64,000 nucleotides of DNA from Eledone cirrhosa (Eukaryota), in contig OZ024741.1 in the NCBI GenBank assembly GCA_964016885.1, forward strand, positions 269,638,001 to 269,702,000, given 5' to 3'. Numbering within the stretch: the stretch's first letter is position 1; every line of letters starts with the position of its first letter. Below are positions 51,247 through 64,000 of this stretch, in pieces. A model generated the notes under the pieces. That model had not been told where the DNA came from, did not search any database, and was given only the letters and a program-made list of their open reading frames with translations. Both the position numbers and the translations under genes were made by a program.

Positions 51247-53536
51247 GATTTCATTTATTAGCCACAAGGGCCGACATGTAGGGGGACAATACAAAGACAG
51301 GGACAGTGGGGGTTTACAATGAGGTCGAGTAAAAGTGCTCAATGGGTAGACTAATTTAACAATGAAGATATAAAAATATAAAATAAACTATGCATAAATA
51401 TAACAACATAAATTCTCCGATAGGAGGCGGACGACCCTGGGGTGACTCGGGTACCCCACCAATCCTGAATTACCCTGCGCTTCTAGGGCACCCAGGGAGA
51501 GCACTCCTCTCCTCAAGTTAGCTAGCCTATAGGCCCATGGTCAGAGTAGGCCCATTCACACGAGCCATTCTCGCCACATTCATCCACCTTTTAGCAAATG
51601 TACTGGGGGGGGGGAGCACTTCTCTCTCAACCCTCACCTTCCTTTCCAGGTGAAACTTGAAGAAGTTGATGAGGGATTGGCCGAAGAGAAAAGTGTCTGT
51701 CTTCAGACCTTTTAATCTGGTCCACCATATAACTTCTTTCGCAACTGCCACCAGACAGAGGAAAATTTCCTGCTCTTCCTGACCTAAGGAAGGCGGTGGG
51801 TCGATCTTCACTGTGGACTCGGCCGATAGCCGGATTCGTTCCACATGCGACAGTAGCTGTTCGACATAACCCCACAAGTCAGTAATGCACGGACATTGCC
51901 AAGCGAGGGATTTCTGGAAATTGTCCATCGTCCCCGGTTCGAAAGACCTCCGGTACAAACTGGTCAGTTCGACTTGGTCGAGGCCCAAAGCTTCTCCGAG
52001 TGCGTCATCGCACTTGCCCGCCACATTAGTGGCGGGCAAGTGCGATGACAATAGAACTCGAGAGTGGAAGTTCCACTGAACGCATTACCCGCTTGGTAGA
52101 GGGCAGTGAGTTCCTGGCAACATTCCAGGTGCCAGTCACCCAGTCTCGGTCTCTTCTTGACTCAGGACTGCAGCTCAGTCAAAGAAACGAACTGCGGGAA
52201 GGCCCGTCTGATAAACGGCGACGACACCTGTTCACCGTTTAGGTATAATATCTGGAGATGTCGCAGCCTCAACGCATGTCTGCGCATCATTAGCCACAGC
52301 ATGCCCAGCCCGCCGCATAGAGGGTGCTGGCAGCCTGATGGACCGCCTCACCAACGGAACTTGTCCCCTCCACAAGAATTTGAAGAGGCGCCGTTCCAAC
52401 TTGACGAGGCGCGAACGAGGGCAAGGCACGACGGTCAGGCGGTAGTAGATACGGACGCGATGTACGCATCGCCACCTCCGCGCGACCTTTCAGTGATAAC
52501 TTGCTCCCAGCCCATTTTGGGGTGAGACTGGCTACTCTGCTCGTTACCTCGTCCCAATTCTTTTCCACCTGGAAGTCTGGTCCGAACCAAACCCCGAACA
52601 ACATAACCAGTCCGTCCATCCAGCGCCCCACGACGCTGTTGGACGGCATGGGCATGCCTCTCCAGGTTCCGAGCTGCAAGCCCACCGACTTTTCCGGGTT
52701 AAGTTTGGGTCCTGTCAACCTTTCATATTCCTTCAATAAGGTGCCGACCACCTCGATTTCTGAGGTGTTCGACACCATCACGGTGATGTCGTCCGCATAA
52801 GCCGACACCGCCTTTCCAAGTCCCGGTTCGAGCGGGATGCCCTGCAACAGCTCCAGCTTCCGCAGTAAAAGCTCGAGAGTCAATACGTACAGAAGGGAAG
52901 AGAGAGGGCACCCTTGACGGACCGATCGGGAGAGCCGAAATGGTTCCGAGAGGTGGCCATTAACCTTGACCACCGAGCGTGTGCCGCTGTGGATTGCAAC
53001 GATCCAGCTTCTGAAGACAGGGCCGAAGCCAGCTACTTTGAGGACAAACTCCAGATACCGATGGTCAACCCTATTGAATGCTTTCGATTGATATAAATTG
53101 ATCAGTTCCCCACCGAATCCAGGTTTACACCCTACCCTCTCTATGATGTATCGCATGAGGTGGAGATTGTCGTTTATGGACCTGGCTGGGACACGCAAGT
53201 TTGCCCCCCCCCCCCCCACCAAATCCTCGACGACAAGCGCCAATCTCTTTGCTAACACCTTGGCAAACATCTTAAACTCTGTGCTGAGCAGCGTTATGGT
53301 CCTAAAGTTGTCTAATGTATCCCTCTTGTTCTCGTCTTTCCTTATCAGCGTCACCACTCCCCTTCTCACAGAACTGGGAATACTCCCATTCTGCTGCCAG
53401 TTGCAGTAGAGTGCTGCGAGGAGATCGGAGAACAAGTCTGGCATATTTACGTAAAGCTCGTAGGGAAGGCCATCCAAACCGGGTGACTTGCCCCTCATGC
53501 AGCCGACAAGGGCGTCCTGAATTTCGGCTGAAGTAA
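51247..53536 (-). mobile_element. 5'-truncated Tx1/L1-clade element (family A, third copy)
   Basis: ORF 52290..53498 with RT motifs (QGCPLS, YADD); (AAT)n at both ends. Confidence 0.92.
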
Positions 53537-53560
53537 ATAATAATAATAATAATAATAATA

Positions 53561-56500
53561 AATGTCGAACCTAAACAGTTCGAATAACGGTGAAGAGGTG
53601 ACTGGAACGTTATATGACAGACTCTCACTCAGCAAGTGCTCCCTGGCCCAGCAGCAGGGACCTGGTTGTCATCCAAATACTGCTGGTGTTGGAGGAAGAA
53701 AAAGAAGGAAAGGGACAAGAACCAAATGGACGAAAGAATTGAATAGAACTGTTATGCAATGTTACCTGAAGAGTAACCCCAAGGAAAACGGCTATAGGAA
53801 ACGGATGCATAACATCTGGAACAAGATTGGTCTATTTAAATTAGATGAACAAAAATTGGCCGGGCAGGCCCGGGTAATAAGAAGTAATGGGTGGATAAGT
53901 GAGCTGGAATTGGAGGAACCCGGCAGAGAGATTAGATTGAAAATGGAGAGTGGAGTATGCCAGGCAAACGAGCCAGTGGGAAATGAAGGTGAAGAGGTTG
54001 AGAGAACGGAGGAACCATCCGAAGCAGACAGTGATCTGAATGCTGAAATAAATAACATCTGGAACAAAGATATAGCCATTGAGGAAATGAATACTGACGG
54101 GCTAGGACAAGATTTAGTTGATATCCTAAACTTAGTGGTAGATGAAATGAACAATGTTAGTGGGAAACCTATGAACCATAGATTTGTAGACAGGAAAAAG
54201 TTAAAAGAAACAACAGCTAAGGTAAACAAAGTCATCCCATACCTTGAGGCGATGAACCTTCACCAGTGCAACAATATCCTCAAAGCAACAGCAAATGCGG
54301 TGAGGAAATTACTTGGCATAAAGACGAAAGAAACAACAAACAAGAAAGATCAGAACTTTGGTGGAAGAAACGACTGAATGGTCAAATCAGAGAAATGAGA
54401 AATGACATTGGAAAGCTTGAGTCCCTACTGAATGGGACACTACAAAAATAGACTGGAAATAAAGTACAAAACTAGGAGGAAAAAGCTAAATATTATCATA
54501 GAGGAACTGAAGCAACGCATTGTAGCAAAGAGTGCAAAGATTAGGCGGTATGAGAGCAGAGTCAGTCAGTATAGACAGAACCGCATGTTTGACAACAACC
54601 AGAAGATGTTGTTTGGGCAGCTTGAAGGGAGAGAAAGAAGCAACGACTTGAACCCTGAGTCGGAACAGATTAAGACATTCTGGAGAGGAATATGGCAGCA
54701 GGATGTTGAACATAATGATCAGGCAGTGTGTATTGAGACAGTACAAAAGGAGATTAGTGAACAAGCACACCAACAAACTGATTTGAGTATCACAGTTGAA
54801 ACTCTTAAAGGGCAGGCCAGAAAACTAACCAACTGGAAAACCCCAGGCCCAGATGGTGTGCAGGGGTATGGGATTAAAAATATAACATCCCTCCACCCGA
54901 AACTGACAACCATGTTCAATGACTGCTTGATGTCGGGTGAGGTACCAGAGTGGTTGACAAAGGGTACCACAGTCCTAGTAATGAAAGACCGAATCAAGGG
55001 TAATGATGTTACAAACTATAGACCTATTACATGTCTATCCGTAATGTGGAAACTGTTAACAAGCATTGTGTCTGAGGAAATCTACCAAGACCTCCACACA
55101 AACAACTTGTTACCGGACGAACAGAAAGGATGCCGAAAGAAGTCCCGTGGTACAAAAGACCAGCTACTTATTGATAAGATGGTAATGAGGAATTGCAAGA
55201 GGAGACACACTGGTCTTGCCATGGGATGGATAGACTGCAAAAAGGCATTCGACATAGTACCTCATTCTTGGATCACCAAAAGCCTAGAGATCTTCAAGGT
55301 GGCAGATAACATTAGACAGTTGTTGAGCAAAAGTATGAAGTCCTGGGAAACAGAATTAACATCGGGTGGAGAATCCTTGGGAGGCGTGAAGATCAAGCGA
55401 GGTATCTTCCAGGGAGATAGTCTGTCCCCTCTGTTGTTTGTCCTTGCCCTGATACCCCTGACCATTATACTGCGAAAAGTGAGAGCAGGATACAAGTTAG
55501 GAAAAGGAGAGCTTACCATCAACCACCTCCTCTTCATGGACGATCTTAAACTCTTTGGGAAGAGTGAGAAGGAGTTGGATGTACTTGTTGACACTCTTCG
55601 TATTTTCAGCAATGATATATGTATGGAATTTGGTATTAATAAGTGTGGAGTGCTAGTGATGAGGAGGGGTAAATTGAGCAGAAGCAACGGAATCCAGGTA
55701 CCAACAGGTGAGATGATAAAGGAAATTGACACTGAAGAAGGATACAAATATTTAGGTGTTCTGGAGGCAGATGACATCAAGAACAAAAAAATGAAGGAAT
55801 TGATAAGATCTGAGTACATTAGCAGAGTAAGGAGCGTATTAAAATCACGTCTAAATAGTAGGAATGTCATAAGTGCAGTGAATTCTCGAGCTGTGTCTAT
55901 TATTAGGTACAGTGCGGGAATTCTAAAATGGAATGTTGATGAACAAAAATAAATGGATAGGAAGACTAGGAAGCTATTGACTATCTACAACATGTTCCAC
56001 AAGAGGAGTGATGTCGATAGACGCTACTTAAGGAGTTCTGAAGGTGGAAGAGGTCTTATCAGCATAGAGGACTGTGTTCAGATGGAGAAAAACAATCTAC
56101 ACAAATACGTGACCGACAGTAGGGAGCCAATGCTCAGAATTGTACTGAAGGAGAGGTCAATAGACCAGGGGATGTCCAAGGAGGAAATAACAACAAGGAG
56201 GAAGAGCAACCTTCATGAAAAATCCCTTCATAGTACCTTCTTTGAGAAAACTGAATTTAGATATCCACAGACATGGAACTGGTTAAAAAGAGGAGACCTT
56301 AAAAAGGTTACAGAAGGAATGCTAATGGCTGCACAAGAGCAGGAACTCAAAACGAAGTGGGTGAAACACCATATTTACAAGGAGGAGGCTAGCCCACTGT
56401 GTAGGATCTGTGGAGAGAGAGAGGGGACTGTGGCTCACATTGTATCCGAGTGTAAACACCTAGCCCAGACTCACTATAAAAGCTGGAGACATGATGTGAT

Positions 56501-57048
56501 GCGCAGAGTGATCCACTGGCACCTATGCGAAGTAAACAATTTACCACATTCTGAGAAGTGGTTTGAGCATAAGCCAGAGTCGGTGATAGAAAACGATCAG
56601 GTGAAGGTGCTGTGGGATTTTAGGATACAGACGGACAAGAAGTTAGAACACAATAGGCCTGACCTGGTGGTTTTGGACAAGGAAAAAATATCGTGCCTGA
56701 TTGTAGATGTAGCCTGCCCATTTGACACGAGAGTGCAAGAAAAGGAGAGGGAGAAAATTAACCGATACCAGGACTTAAAGTGGGAGTTAAAAAGGATTTG
56801 GAACTGTCATGAAATCAAGGTCGTTCCGATTGTCATAGGCGCACTAGGTACTATCTCAAAGAGTTGCCAAGGATGGTTAAAGAAGTTTAGTCCAGACCCG
56901 CTTTTTGGAACACTTCAAAAGGCATGCTTGCTGGGAACAGCAAGACCCCTCCGATACGTCCTGAATATCTGAGGCTGCAGGTAGCGTCTTGATATTCATT
57001 TCAACAAACTTTCCACTTAAATAACATCAATGAGTGAGACTCAAAGAA
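53561..57048 (+). mobile_element. Near full-length R4/Dong-like RLE non-LTR retrotransposon (family C), with frameshifts and a stop at 55950-55952
   Basis: N-terminal RTKWTKELN..GYRKRM; WKTPGPDG, YRPITCL, GIFQGDSLSP, LFMDD; CRIC..HIVSEC, RHD, RPDL..DVACPFD..EK..RY; (TAA)n at both ends. Confidence 0.92.
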
Positions 57049-57067
57049 CAATAATAATAATAATAAT

Positions 57068-57515
57068 AAACGGACTTTCCAGTTAACCAACATCAATGAC
57101 TGAGATTCAAGGAATAACAATAACAATAATAATAATAATAGTGGACAAAGAAAAAAGATCGTGCCTGATTGTGGATGTGGCCTGCCCGTTCGACACGAGA
57201 GTGCAAGAGAAGGAGAGGGAGAAAATTAACCGATACCAGGACTTAAAGTGGGAGGTGAAAAGGATTTGGAACTGCCATGAAGTCAGGGTGATCCCGATTG
57301 TCATAGGCGCACTGGGGACTATCTCCAAAGGTTTCCAGGGATGGTTAAAGAAAATCGGCCCCTTCACGCTTTTTGGAACGCTTCAAAAGGCATGCTTGCT
57401 TGGAACAGCAAGAACCCTCCGATACGTCCTGAATATCTGAGGCTGCAGGTAGTGGCTTGATATTCAATCCAACGGACTTTCCAGTTAACCAACATCAATG
57501 ACTGAGATTCAAGGA
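57068..57515 (+). mobile_element. Two 5'-truncated family C fragments (57068-57115, 57141-57515)
   Basis: Repeat the RLE C-terminus and 3' UTR of family C; separated by (TAA)n. Confidence 0.85.
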
Positions 57516-57547
57516 ATAACAATAATAATAATAATAATAATAATAAT

Positions 57548-60500
57548 ATTATCATCACAAACAAACTAAACATTACTGACTTAAATCATCTCTATTATGC
57601 ATCGGCTAAAGTCACCACTCACTTATGCGGAGTGAAGATGAAAAAACAAAGGAATTCCCACAAGAAATCTACTTGGCAAGAGAACATCAATCGCCAAATA
57701 AACCTTCTCCGATCTGACATAGAAATGTTAACAAACTATAAAGTAGGTGAACATGTTAAACAAACTAAACTTAGAAAATTGAAAAAAAGTACAGTATAAA
57801 ATCAACATGTGACATAGACATGCTGATAGAAATAATCAAGCAAAAAGTGTCGGCCAAAGCTGCTCGTATAAGGCGCTTTGAAAAACGATCTTGATTCTAT
57901 AAGGACAATAATATGTTCAAAAACAACCAAAGAAACTTCTACAGAAAAATTGGTAAGTCAACAATAACTGCTAAATCAATACCACCCAAGGAGGAAGTGC
58001 AAGAATTCTGGGAAAAGATCTGGGCCGAAGAAAAAGTTCATAACATACATGCCCCATGGATAGACAGACAAATGAAAGATACAGCTCACCTTGAGGAACA
58101 AACATGGGAAAATATAACAGTTGAACAGTTGCGCTTGGCTCTAAGAAAAACCAGCAAATGGAAATCCCCAGGAAAAGACAAAATACAAAACTTTTGGATA
58201 AATGCCTTCACAGAGTCTCATGAGCTGTTAGCCCAAATTTACAATGAAATAGTTAAGGAGCCAGAAAAGATACCTTCATGGCTAGTTAACGGCATTACAT
58301 TCCTGCTTCCGAAGAATGATGAGACAAACAATCCCAAAAATTACAGACCGATAACTTGCTTGACCACAATGTATAGAATGTTAACATCAGTCCTAACTGA
58401 ATACACATATGACCACCTGATAACAAATGACCTATTTCCCATTGAGCAGAAAGGGTGTAAACGAGGCTCATATGGCTGTAAGGATCAGCTTCTGGTTAAC
58501 AAAATGATACTGGAAGATTGTCATAATAGACACAAAAATCTATCGATTGCTTGGATAGATTATAAAAAAGCATTTGATAGTTTGCCACACAGTTGGATTG
58601 AAAAATGTTTAGAGATTTTCAAAGTATCCCCCGTTGTCAGGAGGTTTTTGTCATTCAGTATGAAGACATGGAAAACGACACTCCTTTTGAATAGTGAAAC
58701 AAAATCACTGGAAGCTGGAGAAGTTAATATTAAATGTGGAATTTTTCAGGGTGACTCTTTATCACCGCTTTTATTCTGCATCGCACTTATACCATTAAGT
58801 AAAATGCTCAATGAAACAAAACAGGGATATAAAGTCTATGACAAAACCATTAATCACCTGTTCTACATGGATGACCTGAAACTATTTGCAAAAAATGATG
58901 AACAATTGCAAGGGCTATTATCCACTGTGAAGCAGTTCAGTGATGACATTAAAATGGAGTTTGGACTAGATAAATGCGCCAAAGCAACGTTCACCAGAGG
59001 AAAGCTGCTGAAGAGTTCAGACATTAATCTTGATCGGGGGAACGTGATAAGAGAACTTGATCAAGAAAAAACTTACAAATATCTAGGTGTTTGTGAAGGA
59101 GACGGAATCAAGCACTCGACAATGAGGGAAAGGATAAGGAAGGAATGTTACCGCAGAGTAAGAGCAATCTTAAGAACGGAATTGAATGCAAGGAATAGGA
59201 TCGATGCCATAAACACGCTTGCCATACCAGTAGTAACCTACAGTTACAATGTCATCAACTGGTCAAGCACAGAGATCCGTAGGCTCGATACAAAAATTCG
59301 AAAATTCTTAACCATGCACAGAATGCATCACCCTAAGGCAGATATAGATAGAATATATCTCCCTAGGAAAGAAGGAGGACGTGGGTTAATCCAGTTAGAC
59401 ATTGCGTTGAAAACTGCAACAATTGGATTATCTACATATCTAAGGGAATCACATGATTGGATGATCAAACTCGTTTTGAAACACGAAAGCATCAAAAGAT
59501 CATATTCCATTACAAAAGATGCACAAAGATACAGTAATGGACTACAAATTTCAGAAGTCCCATTTACTGCTGAAATGGAAAACACAGAAAAAGCAAAGCA
59601 GGTAAAAGTAACTGCAAAGAAAGAACTGCTACAGAAACTGGCTAAGAAATGGCAAGAAAAGCCTCTGTATGGAAAATACCCAGAGCGAGCTAACAATCCT
59701 GATGTTGACAAAACTTTAACCCATCAGTGGTTGGCATCCTCTGGACTGAAATCGGAGACTGAAGGACTGATTATATCGGCACAAGATCAGTGTCTGCCAA
59801 CAAAAAATTACCAAGCCAACATAATAAAAAATGGGTGCAGCCCATTATGCCGTGTATGCAAAAAACAACCAGAGACCATTGACCATATAATTTCAATGTG
59901 CAGTCCTATAGCTCCAACTGAATACCTAAACAGGCATGACAGAGCTGCACAATACATACATTGGATAATGTGTAAGCAATTTGACCTGCCCCATCAAAAG
60001 AATTGGTGGGAGCATCAACCACCTCCCATACTTGAAAAAGATCACATCTCAATCTTGTGGAACTTTAGCATCCAAACAGACCGAAAAATAGATGCAAACA
60101 GACCTGATATAATATTGAAAGACTTTCAAAAGAGGGTATGCCTGCTAATTGATATGTCTGTTCCAATAGACAAGAATGTATCTATAAAAACATTTGAAAA
60201 ATTGAGCAAGTATAAGGACCTGGAGATAGAAATTGGAAAAATGTGGAAATTGAGAACTAAAACAATACCAGTGGTTGTAGGCGCTCTGGGAATGATAACT
60301 AAGGGGTCTAATGATTACATATCGCAAATCCCAGGAAACCCGCGTATAGGAGAAATACAAAAGATAGTATTAATGGGAACTGCCCATATACTAAGGAAGA
60401 TTCTGTCAATATAAGTACATCACAAGTCTAAACACTAAAGATGCATGTGTGAATATGTATGTTCTTTCTTGAACATGGCGGACCTTGTTGTCTCTTGAGG

Positions 60501-60558
60501 TCACTGGTTGTGACTTGGTGATGACTCGTATGAACATAAAGCAAGATAAATGCAACTG
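57548..60558 (+). mobile_element. R4/Dong-like element (family D), 5'-truncated; 833-aa ORF 57913..60414 (RT + CCHC + RLE)
   Basis: WKSPGKD, YRPITCL, DYKKAFD, GIFQGDSLSP, FYMDD, CRVC..HIISMC, RHD, RPDI..DMSVP..EK.SKY; (TAA)n tail. Confidence 0.93.
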
Positions 60559-60584
60559 TAATAATAATAATAATAATAATAATA

Positions 60585-61745
60585 AACCAGTTAGATATTG
60601 CGTTGAAAACTGCAACAATTGGATTATCTACATATCTAAGGGAATCACATGATTGGATGATCAAACTCGTTTTGAAACACGAACGCATCAAAAGATCATA
60701 CTCTATTACAAAAGATGCACAAAGATACAGTAATGGACTACAAATTTCAGAAGTCCCATTTACTGCTGAAATGGAAAACACAGAAAAAACAAAGCAGGTA
60801 AAAGTAACTGCAAAGAAAGAACTGCTACAGAAACTGGCTAAGAAATGGCAAGAAAAGACTCTGTATGGAAAATACTCAGAAAGAGCTAACAATCCTGATG
60901 TTGACAAAACTTTAACCCATCAGTGGTTGGCATCCTCTGGACTGAAATCGGAGACTGAAGGACTGATTATATCAGCACAAGATCAGTGTCTGCCAACAAA
61001 AAATTACCAAGCCAACATAATAAAAAATTGATGCAGTCCATTATGCCGTGTATGTAAAAAAACAACCAGAGACCATTGATCATATAATTTCAATGTGCAG
61101 TCCTATAGCTCCAACCGAATACCTAAACAGGCATGACAGAGCTGCACAATACATACATTGGATAATGTGTAAGAAATTTGACCTGCCCCATCAAAAGAAT
61201 TGGTGGGAGCATCAACCACCTCCCATACTTGAAAAAAATCACATCTCAATCTTGTGGAACTTTAGCATCCAAACAGACCGAAAAATAGATGCAAATAGAC
61301 CTGATATAATACTGAAGGACTTTAAAAAGAGGGTATGCCTGCTCATTGATATGTCCGTTCCAATAGACAAGAATGTATCTATAAAAACATTTGAAAAATT
61401 GAGCAAGTATAAGGACCTGGAGATAGAAATCGAAAAAATGTGGAAATTGAGAACTAAAACAATACCAGTGGTTGTAGGCGTTCTAGGAATGATACCTAAG
61501 GGGTCTAATGATTACTTATCGCAAATCCCAGGAAAGCCGCGTATAGGAGAAATACAAAAGATAGTACTAATGAGAACTGCCCATATACTAAGGAAGATTC
61601 TGTCAATATAAGTACATCACAAGTCTAAACACCTAAAGATGCATGTGTGTGTATGTATGTTCTTTATTGAACATGGCGGACCTTGTTGTCACTGGTTGTG
61701 TCTTGGTAATAACTCATATGAACATAAAGCAAGATAAATGCAACT
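60585..61745 (+). mobile_element. Second 5'-truncated family D copy with a stop and a frameshift
   Basis: Closely matches 59391-60558. Confidence 0.9.
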
Positions 61746-62020
61746 ATTATAATAATAATTTTCTTTTTACCACTGATAAACTATTACATTTTCTCCTCTT
61801 CCTTATCCTTGCTCCGATGTATAGAGACTCCCCTGCAATACTGACATACACTGCCATATATTGCCTACTACCTAGACACCCATACAATAGAAGATTAAAG
61901 GAATCCACATTTATATCCACTAATGATTCAGTTTTGTTTTTAAGAATATATACCAGGGGATGTCCGACCGCTTCCTCTTCGCACCGGTTACCGTCGAGTC
62001 CTCAGTCGTACTCCAACCCC

Positions 62021-62071
<51 letters not shown>

Positions 62072-62077
<6 letters not shown>

Positions 62078-62300
62078 TACTTTGGGAGGCTCATGCTGCC
62101 AATAAAACCTGTTGGTATTCACTTCAATTTATTATAAGTTTCCGGTTGGCTGGTTGGTTGGCTGGTTTCATAACCGGAAGGTTGCTTATATAATGTCAAA
62201 GCTCTTTCGTCACACATTCTGTGACCTCCTCAATGACTAGGTTTTTATTTTGTGTCTCTCCTTTGTTCTGTCCTATACCATCTTGCTTTTGTGTGTTGTG
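62072..62300 (-). mobile_element. Family P6 island with degenerate hammerhead (62195-62237)
   Basis: Minus strand GTCA-TTGAGGA-G-GTCAC..GTGAC-GAAA-GAGC-TT-TGAC; homologous to 40200-40425. Confidence 0.55.
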
Positions 62301-62389
62301 TGTTGTGTGTTTAGTTTGCGTATGCGTAACATCCGTGTGTGTGTGCGTGTTTCAGATAAGAAATCTCGCAAAACAATTAAAAAACGAAT

Positions 62390-62900
<511 letters not shown>

Positions 62901-63824
62901 AGAAAAGCTGTAAACCTTAACACTATTACTAAGAACCCATGCGTCACTTTGTTTCCGCAAGTCAGCTTTTGAGAAGCTGAATAAAAAGGCATTACTCTTA
63001 AATTACAGCAGCAACAGCAACAACAACAACAACAACAACAAAATAATTATAATACAAAGGTTGAACTATTAAATGTCTCCGATACACTTAACTATTGAAA
63101 GGAAAATTGATTTAGTATGTACACAGATATACCAGGAACAGAGCAAAGTCTCACATTTATGGGAAAAAATGTTATCGATGTATCAATCACCCAGGTAAAT
63201 GAATCCTTCTGCAGTAAAGGAAACTTACATCAAAAAATGTTATTCCGTAGTAGAGTTATATAAACATAGAGAAACAGAGAGCAGCATTTGAAAGGACTAT
63301 AAATGCCATAAGTGAGAGGAAAGGGAGAGGAAGAGCAATGAGTACTAGACAAAGGAAGAAAGAAAGGAAGAAGGTAGAGGGTGATACACTCTACACATAG
63401 GTCTGAGTGGTATTTCGGCTGTTCCCCGTGTAGAAAATGGTAAAGGAATATCTGCGGACAATGGCCAATGAGACGCGCTACAGACACCACCCCACCTCAC
63501 GTGGTTCTTTCCTCAGTCGGACTGCTGAAGTAAAGGAATATACTGACAACAGTTTAAAACCTCACACTTTTGGGGGAAAAAAACAATCCTGTTATTCACA
63601 TGAATCATTCATAAAGATAAATAAATCTTTCTGCGAAAACGAATAATCTGTCCCCAAAGGCTTCAGAATTATAAAACTACATGTCATAAAATAAAATACA
63701 ATGTGAGAGAACCTAGTTCAAATGTATTTTGGAAGATAAATGTCCAAGATTTTATAGCTGTAGTTGAAAATGGCAATTTTATCGGGGTTCCTGCTACCAT
63801 GTGCCCTCGTTATAATAATTGTGT

Positions 63825-64000
63825 CTACTTTTGGCACAAGGCCAGCAATTATCCCAGTACATTACTGGTACTTTATTTTATCGACCCCGTAAGGATGAAA
63901 GGCAAAGGTAACCTCGGCGGGATTTGAACTCATATCATAAAGGGCCGTATCTCTATGTTGCAAAGGATGGCGTCTGACCCTCTAACGATACTGCCAACCC
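63825..64000 (-). mobile_element. Main SINE
   Basis: Reverse complement of the full core motif. Confidence 0.9.

Noticed and set aside
61950-62012. Minus-strand CTGAGGA...GAAG hammerhead candidate
   Set aside because: No consistent stem II or III and no GAAA core.
63223-63300. Minus-strand exon candidate with TTATAG acceptor and GTAAGT donor
   Set aside because: Stop codons in all three frames and no partner exons seen.

Overview
Repeat-saturated animal genomic DNA with no host protein-coding gene that I can support. The tRNA-derived SINE family and the very high microsatellite load suggest a coleoid cephalopod such as Octopus (inference). Contents: (i) about 18 copies of one tRNA-derived SINE, often in tandem or inverted clusters, plus a second SINE family; (ii) large simple-repeat arrays: an interstitial (TTAGGG)n-variant array, a 2-kb NGT array, an (GAY/GAG) array, a 42-bp minisatellite and a 16.7-kb (GTT/GGT) array; (iii) a ~17-kb train of non-LTR retrotransposons strung along (TAA)n, with Tx1/L1-clade copies on the minus strand and R4/Dong-like RLE copies on the plus strand, plus a CRE-like fragment and RTE remnants. 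The most interesting signal is in the short non-coding islands inside (TA)n tracts. Read by eye they hold about 14 full-length type I hammerhead ribozyme (HHR) motifs, several degenerate, plus truncated halves. One class forms asymmetric head-to-head palindromes whose longer arm ends in a covarying ACTC-stem-GAGT(G/C)CT hairpin shared by otherwise unrelated families. A second class forms ~430-470 bp partial-tandem, circularly permuted units with a conserved inverted-octamer plus TATA module upstream of the ribozyme. These look like non-autonomous Penelope-like or retrozyme-type RNAs that target (TA)n. All folds were derived by manual pairing, not computed, and coordinates of decayed elements are approximate.
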